A stretch of 64,000 nucleotides of DNA from Eledone cirrhosa (GCA_964016885.1 OZ024741.1:98270001-98334000); one strand, 5' to 3'. Counted from the first letter of the stretch, positions 28,066 to 42,288 are shown. The notes: a model not told the origin generated them from the sequence alone. Translations and numbers: made by a program.

Positions 28066-29049
28066 AATACTCTAAACTCGTCACTCGTAATATGAGGATT
28101 TCTAATTGGGCCAGTGATATAGCCAATTACAATATATCTAATAATTTTAATGATGCATATTTAATACTAGTAAGATATTTCACTGAGGGCCAATACTGAT
28201 TATTGCAATACGTTGTATTGTATATTATTGCCGTCAGAGAACCCTGTTAGATCTAGAAGCGTGTGCCAACGGGTGATAAATATTTGTTTCCATTAGGCTC
28301 TATGTAATTCCTGTGATGTCATACAGACTGTTGCTCGTGCGTTTACTAATGTATCGCTCCATTCAGCTGCGACACATCAGGTTTATGTTAGTGGAAGGAA
28401 ATTGCAACCATTTATGTGTTTGTTCTCATATCATAAGGTCTAAATTACGTTGTGTATAAAGAGGTGTATGGGAGGGGAATATTCCGAGGAAACCACCGGG
28501 ATTTTGAGACGGCTATCGTTGACGTAACGATGCAATGATTTTTCTGCATATATCCGTTTTAGTTTGTTTTTTAAACCCCTGCTAAAATCCACTTCCCCGT
28601 CGGGAACTTAATACTTAGAACGAACAGTTTCCTTTGTGCAAAAGTAAAATTTAAGTATAATTATAAATGTGCAGATATTTATGAAAATATATATATTAGG
28701 TTTGAAAATGATTGAAAGTGGTGAATGACAGAATCTGTAGAGTTGCGACAGAACATTTCTTTTAATATTTTCGTGTTCCATATTCAAATACAACTGTGGC
28801 AAATTTAACTTTCCTTATTCCGGCAATATTAAAATTGATACCGATCAAGATCTTCTGTAAATTAAATCGATACCCACTTTACTTTCCTCTGCGTAATCTT
28901 TATAATATTCTTGAGAACATTACCTGCGATAGAATAAATCACACAAATGTTTTAATTCTTATCCCCTTTACGCTTCACAAAACGTAGTAAATTACCTATC
29001 CTCTTTCCCTAATTATTTTAAATTAAAATAATTACACATCTCTGTTTCT

Positions 29050-30000
29050 TTAGAAAGTCTAAAATGTGCAGAACAAAGTGTATTGACAGCTTTATGATTA
29101 AATGCCATAAGCTATCGGTTCGTTGAGACATTTAACAATTCTCAGTTGCATCGACTTCGTTTTCCGACAAAAGGTTATCTACTTCCGCCGTATGAAGTTG
29201 AACTACGATTAAAGGAATTATAAGTGACGAAATTAACGTGATATTCTCATAAATTTGACACATACTAGCGTATTCTAAAACTCAGACTTCAATTGTATGT
29301 CTGTTGATAATTTTTTTTACTATTTTTTCAGTGATAATGTATTGTATTATTCTACAGCAGGTCAGCTTAGATTAAATAAATGCACGATCAAAAGCGTTTG
29401 TTTCCGAGTATACTATATCAGGATTACATTATCATGGTTACACATGGTGTCTTCATTTTTTAATACACCAACGTTTGATGGAAGGGAGATTTTATTTCTG
29501 CTTCCATCACCTATATGGAGCACATTCGGACATTTTCTTTGTTCATACATTTGATGTTGTAATATGTATTGACTAAACTTTTCCAGTACTTTTATATAAT
29601 TGAAATACAAGTGGATAGAAATGAAACTATTCAGTAATAGTAGTACTTATGCAACATAAATTCAACAGTCAGTTGATCCGTTACCCTTCAGTTCTCTCTA
29701 CTGTGACTGAGATCTTATGTCAATAGGTCGGTAACAGTTAGGCTCATACATAAATGTGCGCATTTCCAAAGATAATTTGTGCACGTTTTTGGTCGCAACT
29801 ATTTGAGAGTGAAAAGTTTCATAGCTAATTTTGAATCCTTGTTATAGAAAGCTGATGGCCACAGTGATGTATATTCTGAGTTACGATAATATTCTTACTG
29901 GTTTGACAATCTACACACAAACAGCATCTTCTGCGATATAAGAATGAAAAATGTATTCTTTGATGAAAATACGTTACAAAATCAACGTATATATTATATT
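29050..30000 (-). mobile_element. Possible highly decayed Helitron (Pif1-like helicase) remnant
   Basis: Minus peptide NVLHIGDGSRNKISLP resembles the Helitron helicase LLxIGDG..I.LP motif; other motifs are only vaguely visible. Confidence 0.3.
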
Positions 30001-30910
30001 AAACGCATACAAAAGGTACTAAATAATATAATAAATCAATGAGTGCTGGCAAACAATGATGGACTGCTTTTATACGGTCATATGTTATTACAAAGTGCAA
30101 ATGAAGATAAAATGTATATACAATTTGATGTATTGTCCTCCTTCTTTAGCCTCATGTCAACTCTGGTTATGCAGATATATGATCCAGCAGTCCCAGCCAG
30201 AGCCATTACGTCTTGTTTATGTTCAGGCATGGCGTAATCCTATCCTTTTCTTAAGACGGTAGAGTGTGATTTCAGACAGCTTCCGTTTGTCCTTATAACA
30301 ATTCGAACAACAACATCAGTGATCCCATGACATTTCACCAGTAAATTTGATTTTGAAATTGGTGGAGATATTGTTGTTGTCTTATAGAAATTTTCACAAA
30401 ACTTTGGAAATGTTATGGCTGCCTTTCATGTGTATATATTTGAGGTATATAATACTGCGCATACTGTAAAATATTCTGTTGTAGGAGTGAATCCAAGGCT
30501 GCGATGTTCAGTTACACAAAAGTACAAACAGAAATGATAATTTTCTACATTTGCATAAGGTCTCAAACATAAGGTAGCGTCATACACTATACCAACTCGT
30601 GGACCGAAAATTGGAGAGAACGAGTGCTTGCATGTTTTGTACTCTGAACTTTGGAGTTGCATGAGCATATACACAACACATTATGGCTTTTGTTTTTAAG
30701 AATAACAATAAAATGTATTAATAATGTTTTCTTTTAATCATAGAACTTCAATCATAACGTAGGGTGTTAGCGTCGTAAACAGCAATGTACCGCGAATACA
30801 AGTACAAAACCAGTGAGCTGGATGCTATAAATTAAACTTGAAAATTATCTTTATATAAAATATATTTCATATCAGGAAATAAGGATGTACATTGAAACAG
30901 ATACTGTAGA

Positions 30911-30949
<39 letters not shown>

Positions 30950-30959
30950 ATTATTAAGA

Positions 30960-31181
30960 GCGGTGGATTGGTAATATCGGTAGAGGGTCGGACGCCATGT
31001 TTTGCAACGACCCTTTATGATCTGAATTCAAATCCTGCCGAGGTTAACTTTGTCTTTCATCCTTACGGGGTCGAAATAATAAAGTACCAGTCACGCACTG
31101 GGGTCGATTTAATCGACTTTACCCTCACCAAAAATTGCTGGCCTTGTGCCTATATAAGAAAACATTATCATTATTATTATT
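30960..31181 (+). mobile_element. Full-length tRNA-derived SINE with (ATT)n tail
   Basis: Head GCGGTGGATTGGTAATATCGGTAGAGGGTCGGAC, conserved body, the extra GGGGTCGATTTAATCGACT hairpin segment and an ATT tail; preceded by (ATT)n. Confidence 0.85.
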
Positions 31182-31387
31182 GGTCTGTTCGGACGTTTTT
31201 TGCTCGCTCCCAATAAGTCGCTTTATTTACCTGTTATAATTATTTGTTGTTTAATTGTTCTTGTTGTGTAAGGGATATAAGCTCTTGGACTTTGCCCTGT
31301 GAAGGGGAAAGTATAATATTTGGGCGTTTTCGCCCAAATATTTGAACAATATTTGAACATTTTATTTAAAATTTTTTTTTTTAAAAC

Positions 31388-33348
31388 ATGACCGAATCAC
31401 GCCCCAATCCCCCCATCCCCACCCCTTAAGCAAATATGTCTACTGTCGTGTGACAACGGCGTAAAAGTTGAGAGGAGGGTTACAGAAATTGATACAACAA
31501 ACACCACCACAAACAACGTGAAAAAAGACAACACTGAGAACACTAATTTTGAAACAATTTGCACCGAAAACAACAACAACGGTGGCACCAAAAACACAAC
31601 CAACTACAACAGTGATAACAACAACAACCCCAACAACACCGTTTGTAGCAGTAGCAACAGCAACAGCACCAACAACAAGACCAGTAGCAGCCGTAGCGGC
31701 AGCAATGAAGGGGCGGCTGAAAAAGGGGCCACTTCTTTCGCAGGTGTGGCCCGAAATATCGAGACAGTGCTAGTCACGGAGGAGGAGATGGCAGTGGCAA
31801 GAGCCATGGTGACAAGAAATGACAATAAAGTTTCCTTGAAACCTCCACCCGATTTCTTCAAAGACCAGCAGCTGCTCACGGCGACTTACCGCGCCGTAAG
31901 CAAAATGTCACGGTGGTGAAGAGAGCCACGGAGACTCACATCCAAAAGGCCTTGGGGTGCGTCTGGGCACGCAAAACCCACATCACCCGAGGAAAATAGT
32001 ACGCCACAGTAGACGTACTTTTCGCCACCCCCCAAGAAGGGAAGTCTCACTCTTTGAAAACCTTAAAGAGTGAGGAGATAGTCTTGGTGCCCTCCTACTG
32101 AGGGCAGAAAATTGTGAGGGTGAAAGTGACCAGTGTCCAGACGACGTACCCATACCTTGGATGGCCGCGTCTGTAATTATTAGAATCGAGAAGAAGACCA
32201 ACATACTGCAAATACAGAGAATGGGAAAAGAGAACTGGTCAGGAATAGGCATGCAAATGCTAATAAAAACTGAGCAGGAGTGCATTGAGGCCATCCCATA
32301 TATCATAGACCTCAAGGAAGGACTCCAACTCCCTATAATTAGAAGGAAGGCGCCCAAAGTGCTTCTCGCTGTGGGTAGAAGGGTCATCTCGAGGCCTTCT
32401 GCCCGCAGAAGACAGCCAAGAAGAGGGCCCCCACCTCCTTCCGACGCCTGATCCGCTTCTACCAAGAACAGGGCAAGCAACAGAGGCAGAAGACCCTACC
32501 ATGGTGACTAGGAGAGCAACGTCCCTGGAACCCATACCAAGGCCTCGGACAACTAAAGCAGCGGCAGCAGTGGCGGCAACACCAACAGTCGCAGTAGCTA
32601 CACCGGCGGCAAAATCGCCGGAGCGGGCACCACCTCCACCTCCAACAGCAGTGGAGCTCATACCCTCCCAGACGCCACGGAATCTGACATGGAGTATGAG
32701 GCGGGAGGGAAGTGGCAAACGGTCTGTCACAAAAAAAAAATAGGAAAAACCCCTTAGCTTCACCCTCCAAAAGTGAAGTCAGATAAAGAGGGGTAAAGGC
32801 TGCAAGGAGACTTGCAGCAGCAACACCACCAACAACATCACCACCCACACTAGCACCACCATCACCATCGGCGGCAACCCCACCGCAAACAACAACACCT
32901 TCAACACCACCACCACAAGCACCAACATCGCAAAAACAACAAGACACACACACCCAGCAACAACGACAAGAAAATAGCAGAACCACACCCCACCCCCAGA
33001 AAAACAAATGCACAGCAATAAATACACACAACAAGAAACTAATGACACATAATTGAACACACAGACATTTCACAGCACAACTACATAATACCAACACCAA
33101 TCAAAACACCAACGAACATAAGACTGGTAAGAATAGCACAGAAACAATACACAAACATTAAAACGAAATTCCACAACGCAGTTGGTGATTTCAGAGACCT
33201 AGGAGGGACTCTCAACCGGAGAGTATATTCGGATATACTCATAGAAGAGCCGACGACCAGCCGAAGGGACGATTCAACGGCCCCTTCACCAGACGATCAA
33301 GTGAAAAGGGATGGAGAAACCATCCTTCCTCTACAAGAGGTAAGGTAA
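31388..33348 (+). pseudogene. LINE ORF1 remnant (Asn/Thr/Pro-rich, gag-like zinc knuckle)
   Basis: ATG at 31388, SFAGVA motif, and a frameshifted CFRCG*KGHLEAFC knuckle at about 32360-32402; multiple stops. Confidence 0.65.
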
Positions 33349-33382
33349 GTGGTCTTTCCCATCTTTTCCACTCCATTTCAAC

Positions 33383-36300
33383 ATGACCTCACTCAGAATA
33401 GGCAGCATAAATGCGCGTGGCTTAGGGTCGTCATGGAAGCAGGACCACGTGCTCAACGACCTCAGGTCACTAAACATAGATGTAATGGCCATCAGCGAGA
33501 CCAGAATCTCCGAAGCACGGGCCTTCGCACCGATCTTCGGCGGCTACGATGTGTATGCATCTCCCAGCCGTCCTGGATCGGGGGTAGGGGTGGAGTTGCT
33601 GTGCTTTTTCGGAGAGGTTTGGAATCTCGCCATACGGGCCATCTTCCTGGATCCAGAAGGTAAGTTGGTGGGGCTGGACGTGACCAGCGGAGACGGGCAA
33701 GCTTTCAGACTAGTGGCCGTCTATGCCCCGACAGGAGCAGGGCGGCCTGATTTCTTCCGGCGTCTGGAGAACTTTCTAGGAACGTCCCGCTCTTTAGTGT
33801 TAGTTGGCAACTGGAACGGGATCTTAGATGCACGCTGGGACCGTGTGGGATGAGCGGATAGGGGAGGAGGGTGCAAGAGCCTCACCAACCTGCTCAGGCG
33901 TTTTGAGCTGTCTGACAGGTACCGATTGTATTTCCCGAATGTGCCAATGTGGACTTGGACAAACCGAATGGGTCATCCAGATCATATCTAGATAGAGTAT
34001 TTTGTAGGGAAATAGATACGTCTAGCATAAGCTGTCCACAATTCAAGATAGTCAGCTACACGGACCACAATTCTGTGTGCTTGATTTAGATAGGCTTCAT
34101 AGCCGAGGACCCGGCTACTGGAAGCTAAGCGCATCCTTACCAGCGCACAAGGCCTACAGAGACCGGATTAGCGAACTAGTTAAGCGAGCGTTGACGGACC
34201 CCTTCGTCAACAACAAGTGGTGGTTTGCTCTGAAAAGCCCGATTAGAATAGAGTCCATTAGGTTTGTAAGACTTTAGCCATAGAGAAAAATAGAGCAGAG
34301 GGGGAACTAGTTAGAAAATTAGACGAGGCGCTTAGCAAAGGCATCGCGACCGACGTACTTGCGGCGAAATTGGCCCTTGACCAATTCTTCAATGCAAAGC
34401 ACGAAGGCTGCGTTGTCAGAACTAGGGTGCGTGTTCTCCGACACGAGGGGACGAAAGCCGTTCAATGGGCCCGAGTGGCGTCGTGGCAATAAAGCCACGA
34501 TCCGGTCTTTGGTGGACCAGGACGGGCGCATGCTACTCGATTCCGGGCAAATGTGTGAAGCTTTTCAGCGTCACTTCGCTCAGCTGTTCGGGGGAAGCGG
34601 TGGGCCGGATCGAGGGATGGACTTTAGTGTCTACCCCGACGGACTGCCGCGGCTCTCGGCCACTGAGGCGGAGTGTTGCGAAAATCCGATAACAGCCACT
34701 GAAGTACGGGAAGCAATGACTGGCTGCACAAGGGGTAAATCGCCTGGTTTGAATGGTCAGCCCTATGAACTTTACGTACAGATGTCAGACTTGGTTGGAG
34801 GCCTCTTGGCGGACGTCTACTGCAACTGGCAACAGAACGGGAGAATTCCCAGCTCTGTGAGCCGAGGAGCGGTGACGCTGCTGAGAAAGGATCCGAACAA
34901 GGGGGATAGCATAGATAATTTCAGGCCCATAACTCTGCTAAACACAGAGTTCAAGATTTTGGCCAAGGTGCTAGCAAATAGGTTGGCGCTTGTCGTTGGC
35001 GGTCTGGTGGGAGAGGCGCAGACATTCGCCATTCCCGACAGATCCATCCACGACAACCTCCACCTCAAGGGATACATCGTAGAGAGGGTAGGTAGGGAAC
35101 CTGGCACGGATGTGTCCTTGATCAATTTAGATCAGTCGAAAGCTTTAGATAGGGTCGACCATCGTTACCTCGCGGCAGTCCTGAGGGCGGCTGGCTTTGG
35201 GCCCGTCTTCAGATGCTGGATCGCTGCCATGCACAGCGACATCTGCTCTGTGGTGAGAGTGAACGGTCACCTTTCTGAACCGTTCAACATCATACGCTCG
35301 GTCCGCCAAGGATGTCCCCTCTCGTCCCTCTTGTACGTATTGACTCTCGAGCCATTACTGCACAAACTGGAGACGTTGAGGGGGCTCCCGCGCGAACTAG
35401 GATGCGGAAGATCCGTGTCAGCATATGCGGACGATGTCACCGTAGTGGTGTCGAACGCCAAACACATCGAGGCGATCGGCACTACACTAAGAGAATAGAA
35501 GCGGTGACAGGAGCAATGATCAACCATGAAAAGTCAGTGGGCCTGCAGCTCGGCACCTGGACAGGCAGGTCCATGCCGTCCAACAGCGTCGTCGGGCGCT
35601 GGATGGACGGACCGGTTAAATTGCTAGGGGTCTGGTTCGGTTCGGACCTCCAGACGGACAAAAACTGGGACGAGGTGACGAGCAGGGTGGCTTCTCTCAC
35701 CCAGAAATGGGCGGAGAGGAAGCTATCCCTGAAAGGTCGAGCGGAGATGGTTAACGCGTACATCGCGTCCGTCATCTACTACCGCCTGACCGTCGTACCT
35801 TGTCTTAAGCCCCGCCTGACTCCGCTGGAGCGTTTGCTCATTCGCTTTTTGTGGAACGGACGCGCTCCGATGGTCAGGCAGTCCATCTGCTGTCAACATC
35901 CGCTACGTGTAGGGCTGGGCATGCCGTGGCTGATGATGCCCAGACACGCGCTAAGGCTGCGACATCTCCACCTCTTCCTCGACGGTGATCAGGTGTGGTC
36001 GCCATTTGCTAGACACGTCTTTCCCCAGCTCGTCTCCTTGACGGAGCTGCAGTCCTGGGTCAAGCGAAGACCGAGAGGGAGCGCTTGGAGACTGGAATGT
36101 CTTCAGGCGCTCACAGCCCTCGACCAATCGGGCAATGTGATCGGTGGAAACTCCACCTTGGCGTTCTTTAGAGGATTAGTGGGGGCGAAGAGCGACGACG
36201 TACTTGGAGAAACTCTAGGCGTCGACGAATATCAACTAGCCAATCTCTTCGGAAGGACTTTCGGGCCAGGGTCTATGGACAACTTCCAGAAATCCCTGGC

Positions 36301-36784
36301 CTGGCAGTGCTACTGAGGAGCTTTGCCAGTTCGGGATAAACTCTACAGGCATGGAGGTGCCGTCAGCCGAGCATGTCCGAGATGCGCGCAGGGCGACGAA
36401 ACCGTCCTGCACGCACTGGTCCAGTGTCAGAGCATTGCTGACTTGTGGGTTTATGTCGAACACCTGCTGTCACGTGTAGGACGGATCCAGCTATCAGCTG
36501 AGTCCATCGTGTGGATTGCCCCGCCTTCTTTCTTTAGCCGGGAAGGGCAGGCAGTTTCTATCTGTCTGGTGGCCATGGCGAAAGAGATAGTATGGTGGGC
36601 ACGTTTGAAAGGATTGAAGACGAGCACTTACCTCTTCGGTGATTCCCTGATTAACTTTTTCAAATTTCATTTGAAAAGGAAAATCGGGGTAGAGAGGGAA
36701 GTGCTCTCTTCCCAGCATTTTGTTGAAAGATGGGTGAGAGAAGAAAGTATGGCCCGAGTGAATACTCTGAGTATGTGTCTGTAA
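33383..36784 (+). pseudogene. LINE ORF2: APE endonuclease, reverse transcriptase, C-terminal CCHC; disrupted
   Basis: SINARGL, ISETR, VYAP, YLDRV, TDH (APE); KSPGLNG, FRPITLLNTEFKILAK, LDQSKALDRV, VRQGCPLS, AYADDV (RT); LSLKGRA; CPRC..ETVLHALVQC. Several frameshifts and stops. Confidence 0.93.
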
Positions 36785-37029
36785 ATTAAAGCTGGAAAAC
36801 TGGGAGAGGGCACTTGCCCTGGTGGTCAGGATCACTGTGGCTTTTTAATGGGTTTTCTCCACAAATGTCCCTCGGAAGTCTCCCCCTATTGGGGAATTTT
36901 TCATTGTTATTTTTTATTACATCCTCTGTTTTTTTTTACACGCAGAAATGCCCATTTGTACCGTCCTGTATTGTCCTGTACTGTCCATAATGTCTACTTT
37001 ATGTAAACCCTTGTGGTTAATAAAGAAAG

Positions 37030-37096
<67 letters not shown>

Positions 37097-38357
37097 ATAC
37101 TCTCTATACACACCGTCGATTAATTGATTACCATATATTCATTCAAACAATAAAGTTGCAAATGACTACCAGAGAAATTTGACTGATTATATTCCGCTAT
37201 GCAAGAAGAAAAGAGGAAAAACATTATGTTGTAAATGAAATACCATGATATGAGTCCTCTGGTTATTTACAATATGTTGGCTATTGACACAGTCAAGCTT
37301 AACATATTGAGTGTAGTGGGTGACAGTGAAAAATTATCAGCCCTATTGTCCAGACAATGAATACATGGTTGCACATACTAATGAACTATTTATATGAGCA
37401 ATGTATCTGCTTGTTTTCGGTTAGTTCTAGTCTCCTTCTACTGCACATTCCCCGAGGCAGTCTAGAGATAAATTAGTTATTTTTCCACCAGGTTGACACG
37501 AATTAATTCCCCCAACCATGAACTCCAACTGGCTATTTGTTTACCAGAAGCAAAGGAATCCTAATTTATAAATGGTCAGTAGGAAATTTGTTATCCGTTT
37601 ATCATGACATGACGATATTACATAAAGCAAATACAATTATTTCTATTATTCAACGTTGTTATAATAGCTATTGTTATAAGTAACTGAAGGGAAACAATAC
37701 TACTACTACTGTTAGTATTACTACTACTACAAAAACTATTGGTATTATAACTACTACTACTACTGCTGTTATCATAAATAATATTGTTATTAATGGTAAT
37801 GGTAATTATGTGTTCATTTTATTTGCTACCAGAGTACATTCATTTAATGCATGTTGCAAAATGTGACGAGTTGCGTTTGTAAATACATACGCACAGACAC
37901 ACACACACGCGCATACGCATATACACATACGTACACATACGTACATATATATATGTATGGGGGATAGAAGCGGAATGGTGAATGATGGGGTTCATAATTG
38001 TGAGGCCTGACGCATAGATCACGAGAAGATCAAACGGGATGTGCGTAAGCAATGCCTTGGTGTATCTCTCGAAATTATCGGTGTCTCTATTGATGTGGGG
38101 AAATATTTGCTTGAGCAAATCTGGTCTCAGAAGCCAGAATCTCAGCCAAGTTCAAAGAGAACCAGTGAACTGTGATTTCCACGATATTGTGAAGGTTCAC
38201 AGGCTACCTAATTCAAGACCTGAGGCCAGGGAGATAAATAGTTGTCATCAATGTGCGAAGTAGTGCAAGACTCTAGCAGGCTTGAAAAGCCATATCCGAG
38301 CGTCACACATCTGAATCTGACAAGTGATTGCAATACTCTTAGCAGAGTTTGCAGCCG

Positions 38358-38389
<32 letters not shown>

Positions 38390-38393
<4 letters not shown>

Positions 38394-38713
38394 GACGTAA
38401 AATAAGAAAATTTTAAAATTTTAAAAATTAAAAATTAACTTACTAAAATTTTCACTCCAACTAATTAGTTTCTGTAATGGGATAAAGACAGTTACGTAAT
38501 GTAACTGTCGAGAATTCATTACGTCATCAGGGAGTCTATTCTCAGCTAAGTCTCCAGGCAATGCGCGGACACTAGGGACTCATATAAAAATAATATTAAT
38601 TCTGTGGATGGAACAGCTAGCGAGGACTGAATTCCAAAGCACTGAAAAAGTTCGCTGTCTCTGGTCAAATGGCAGATTCTAAAGAATCAATCACGTGACA
38701 CTGAGGCTAGTCG
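38390..38713 (-). mobile_element. Solo non-coding PLE pseudo-LTR-like element between two (TA)n runs
   Basis: About 325 bp, with TA repeats at both ends; contains an intact hammerhead about 65 nt upstream of the 3' (TA)n. Confidence 0.7.
38454..38535 (-). ncRNA. Type I hammerhead ribozyme with long stem II
   Basis: ACTCC-CTGATGA-C-GTAATG..GACAGTTAC-loop-GTAACTGTC..CATTAC-A-GAAAC-TAATTA-GTT-GGAGT: stem I ACTCC/GGAGT, palindromic stem III ACTAATTAGT, GUU site. Confidence 0.82.
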
Positions 38714-39289
38714 GATATATATATATATATATGCAAGTATGAAAAGTATTAATATGTGAATACAAATATAAATCAAATACAAATGTAATAAAAAAAGGTA
38801 ACCACAACCCCCCACCCCCACTCCACCCCACCCACGCATCACTAGAAAGGTTTGGTCAAAACATCGATGCATGTGTAGGCCGGCTGAGAAGGAATTTAAA
38901 AAAGCGTTATCAGAAATTTGGCGCAGTATAAATAGTATATAGTAAGCGGCAACGTGCAAGGTAGCGTAGTATTGGCTTTCCGGGTCTATGTGGAAAGAAA
39001 ACTACAAACAGATATACCAGTTACATACTTGCACATGGGTTTGTGTCACAATATATGGTCCAACACATCACAAAGGTTGCAGACAGAGGCATTATGAGCG
39101 ACATTATACTCTGGCTCAAGATGAGGAATGGTATCATAGATTAGCGAAGACAACCTAGGCATCACAGAGCAGTGACCTATTGTGGAACCTGAAATACGAC
39201 CAATATGATTGGAATTGCAGAACAGAAAGTGAAACTTGCGTGGTTGTTTCTGTGCGTCTCTCTAGCTATCCTCCGGGTCAACGTTTTCT

Positions 39290-39745
39290 CGCTTCTGTCC
39301 ACTGGGATCACGAGGGGGTCTAAATCGTAAACATATTTCATGTTTGTTCTTCGTTTACATCCTTTGTTATATATAAAAAAATCAAACTTTATCAGACCGG
39401 CACACTGCAGCAGAACTAGCGGGAGCTGCCCTCGCTGGTGTGTTAGAGTGGCGAGCATAGCCTGAAAATCAAGCCTGCTCTTAATAAACACAGTTAGGAC
39501 AATTTTAAGGGGATACATTCCCTAGTGGTCATGGTTACCGTTGCTTTTTATGGGCTTTTTCCATGAGTGACCCACGGAGATCTGCCACCCTATTGGAGAA
39601 TTTGTTTTGTTTGAATTTCTAAATGTTTATTTTTTAGTTTTTGTTATAACATTTTTTACACACAAAAGCCCACACTGTATCGTCCTGTGTCGTTTTTATT
39701 GTTTACTTAATGTCAGCCCAATATGTCTAATAAAGAATCCATTAT
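39290..39745 (+). mobile_element. Decayed 3' fragment of the (ATT)n-type Tx1 family
   Basis: 39510-39740 parallels the 3' UTR at 36805-37030 (CCCT.GTGGTCA.G, CCCTATTGG.GAATTT, GTA.CGTCCTGT, AATAAAGAA..ATTATT); a GSCPRW remnant of the CPRC finger is present. Confidence 0.65.
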
Positions 39746-39759
39746 TTTTATGGGCTGTA

Positions 39760-40745
39760 TCTGTAGAGCGTCGGACACTATATTTTGAAGCATATAGTTA
39801 TGGCCCTTTACGTTCTGAGTTCAAATCCCGCCGAGGTTAACTTTGCCTTTCATCCTTACGGGGTGGATAAAAAAAAAAGCACCAGTAACGTACTGGGGTC
39901 GATTCGACTTTCCCCTCCCCCCAAAGTACTGGCCTTGTGCCTATACTAGAAATCATTATTATTATTATATCCTGTCGGTGGATTGGCAGTATCGGTAGAG
40001 GGTCGGACGCCAGGCTTTGCAGAAAAGAGATACGGCGCTTTATGGTCTGAGTTCAAATCCCGCTGAGGTTAACTTTGCCTTTCATCCTTACGGGGGTCGA
40101 TAAAATAAAGTACCATTAATACACTGGGATAATTGTTGAACTTGTGCCAAAAGTAGAAACAATTATTATTATATCCTGTCTACTTCCTGTAGAGCCGTGT
40201 ACAAACTATGATTTGAGACGCAATACGGAAGTGGTCAAAGATAAGCGCCACAATACAGATGACTATAATAATTGTTTATACTTTTGGCACAAGGCCAGCA
40301 GTTACCCAGTGCATTACTGGTACTTTATTTTATCGACCCCGTAAGGATGAAAGGCAAAGTCAACCTCGGCGGGATTTGAACTCAGATCGTAAAGGGACGT
40401 AACTATGCTGGAAAGCATGGCATCCGACTCTCTACCGATACTGCCAATCCACCTACAGATGAGTATAATAATACTTGATAACACTAACTAATGGTAAAAA
40501 TATCGCTTGAGCAGAGAAACAGTCGTCTTTGTCGACCTTTATGTATAATTATCCACTTGGATTGGCAGTATCAGTAGAGGGTCGGACACCATGCTTTGAC
40601 GCATGGAGTTATGGCCCTTGCCATTCTGAGTTCAAATCCCGCCGAGGTTAACTTTGCCTTTCATCCTTACGGGGTCGATAAAATAAAATTCCAGAAATGT
40701 ACTGGTGAATTTCTGGCCTTGTGCCAAAAGTAGAAACAATTATTA
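39760..40745. mobile_element. SINE cluster: 39760-39955(+), 39977-40166(+), 40268-40453(-), 40558-40745(+)
   Basis: Four copies with A/B-box-like head, conserved body and tail, in mixed orientation. Confidence 0.85.
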
Positions 40746-40835
40746 TAATTATCTGCATCGTGGTGACTAAACTTCAAATATATACATATATATATATGTG
40801 TGTGTGTGTGTATGTGTATATATCTATATATAGAT

Positions 40836-40956
<121 letters not shown>

Positions 40957-41267
40957 TTTAAGAATCTGAATCTAGATACTTGGCATCATTTTGTTGGAAA
41001 TTACTTGTTTGCTATTAATTGAAACCAGGCAAGAATTATTGTTCGTCTAAATAAAAACAAATACCAAATTATATACTTAAGCGGGGATTAATTTTATTGA
41101 TTAATGCTTCAACTTTTTACTTCTCTATAATTTAATGTATTTAAATTACGATGAAGAATGCCTCCAGAACACTATATGTGTGGATGTTTGTGAGTGTGCA
41201 CATACGTATGTTAATATGGTTTATATCCGTTTGTGTGTGTGCGTTCGTTTTTATCGTGCCTATTCTG

Positions 41268-41323
<56 letters not shown>

Positions 41324-41769
41324 CTGTATGTATATGTATGTATGTATGTATGTATGTGTGTATGTATGTATGTGTGCGTGTGTGTATGTATATATGAATG
41401 TATATCTATGTGTGTGGTTATTGTGATGTTTGTGCGCTCATATAAGCCACTCAGCGGAAATCACAGAGACACAGTCAGCTCAATATGTATAATAAATTTG
41501 ATATTCCTCCCAGTATTTGGTACTTCCAACTCTAAAAATGTGTTACTATTCATAATTCTAATATTTTTATTTCTTCATCATCAGATGTTTACTTACTACG
41601 AAATAGTGAAGTATCAAAAGCAAGTATCATGCTATGTATGTTTTTTAAATAATCTAATATTAGAGTTGATTTACATATAGTACATTATTAACGTGATAGT
41701 ATTATACAAAATAACGAACTTGCATATTAATAATATCTTCTAATTTAAGAACAATGTTAACAATTTGGA

Positions 41770-42288
41770 GGAAAGGGAAAGTTGATTATATCCACACCAA
41801 TACTTAACTGGTACTTTATTATTTCAATCCCGAATAGATAAAAGGTGAAGTTGACCTCGGCACTGTTTAACCCTAGGATGTTGAAAGGCATAATGCATAA
41901 TAATAATTGTTTCTACTTTTGTCACAATGCCAGCAATTATCCCAGTGCATTACTGGGACTTTATGTTATCGACCCTGTAAGGTTGAAATTGAAAGTTAAC
42001 CCCGGCGGGATTTCATAATAATAATGAGTTCAAAAATGATATTTGTTTGAAATCATTACATCGATACTATGTAGTTGACTATTACTATTTTCTAACACTA
42101 AAATAATTGTTTCTACTTTTGGCACAAGGCCAGCAATTATTCCAGTGCATTACTGGTACTTTATTTTATCGACCCCGTAAGGATGAAAGGCAAAGTTGAC
42201 CTCGGCAGGATTTGAACTCAGAATGGCAGGGCCGTAACTCTATGCGTCAAAGCATGTCGTCCGACCCTCTACCGATACTGCCAATCCA
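41770..42288 (-). mobile_element. SINE cluster (one decayed, one truncated, one complete at 42103-42288)
   Basis: Reverse-complement matches to the SINE body (GACCCCGTAAGGATGAAAGGCAAAGTT) and head (CCGATACTGCCAATCCA). Confidence 0.8.

Larger units (their letters stand above)
31182..37030 (+). mobile_element. Near full-length Tx1/L1-clade non-LTR retrotransposon inserted in (ATT)n
   Basis: 5' UTR, ORF1 remnant, ORF2 (APE-RT-CCHC), 3' UTR with AATAAA at 37019; (ATT)n on both flanks; sharp GC increase over background. Confidence 0.92.
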
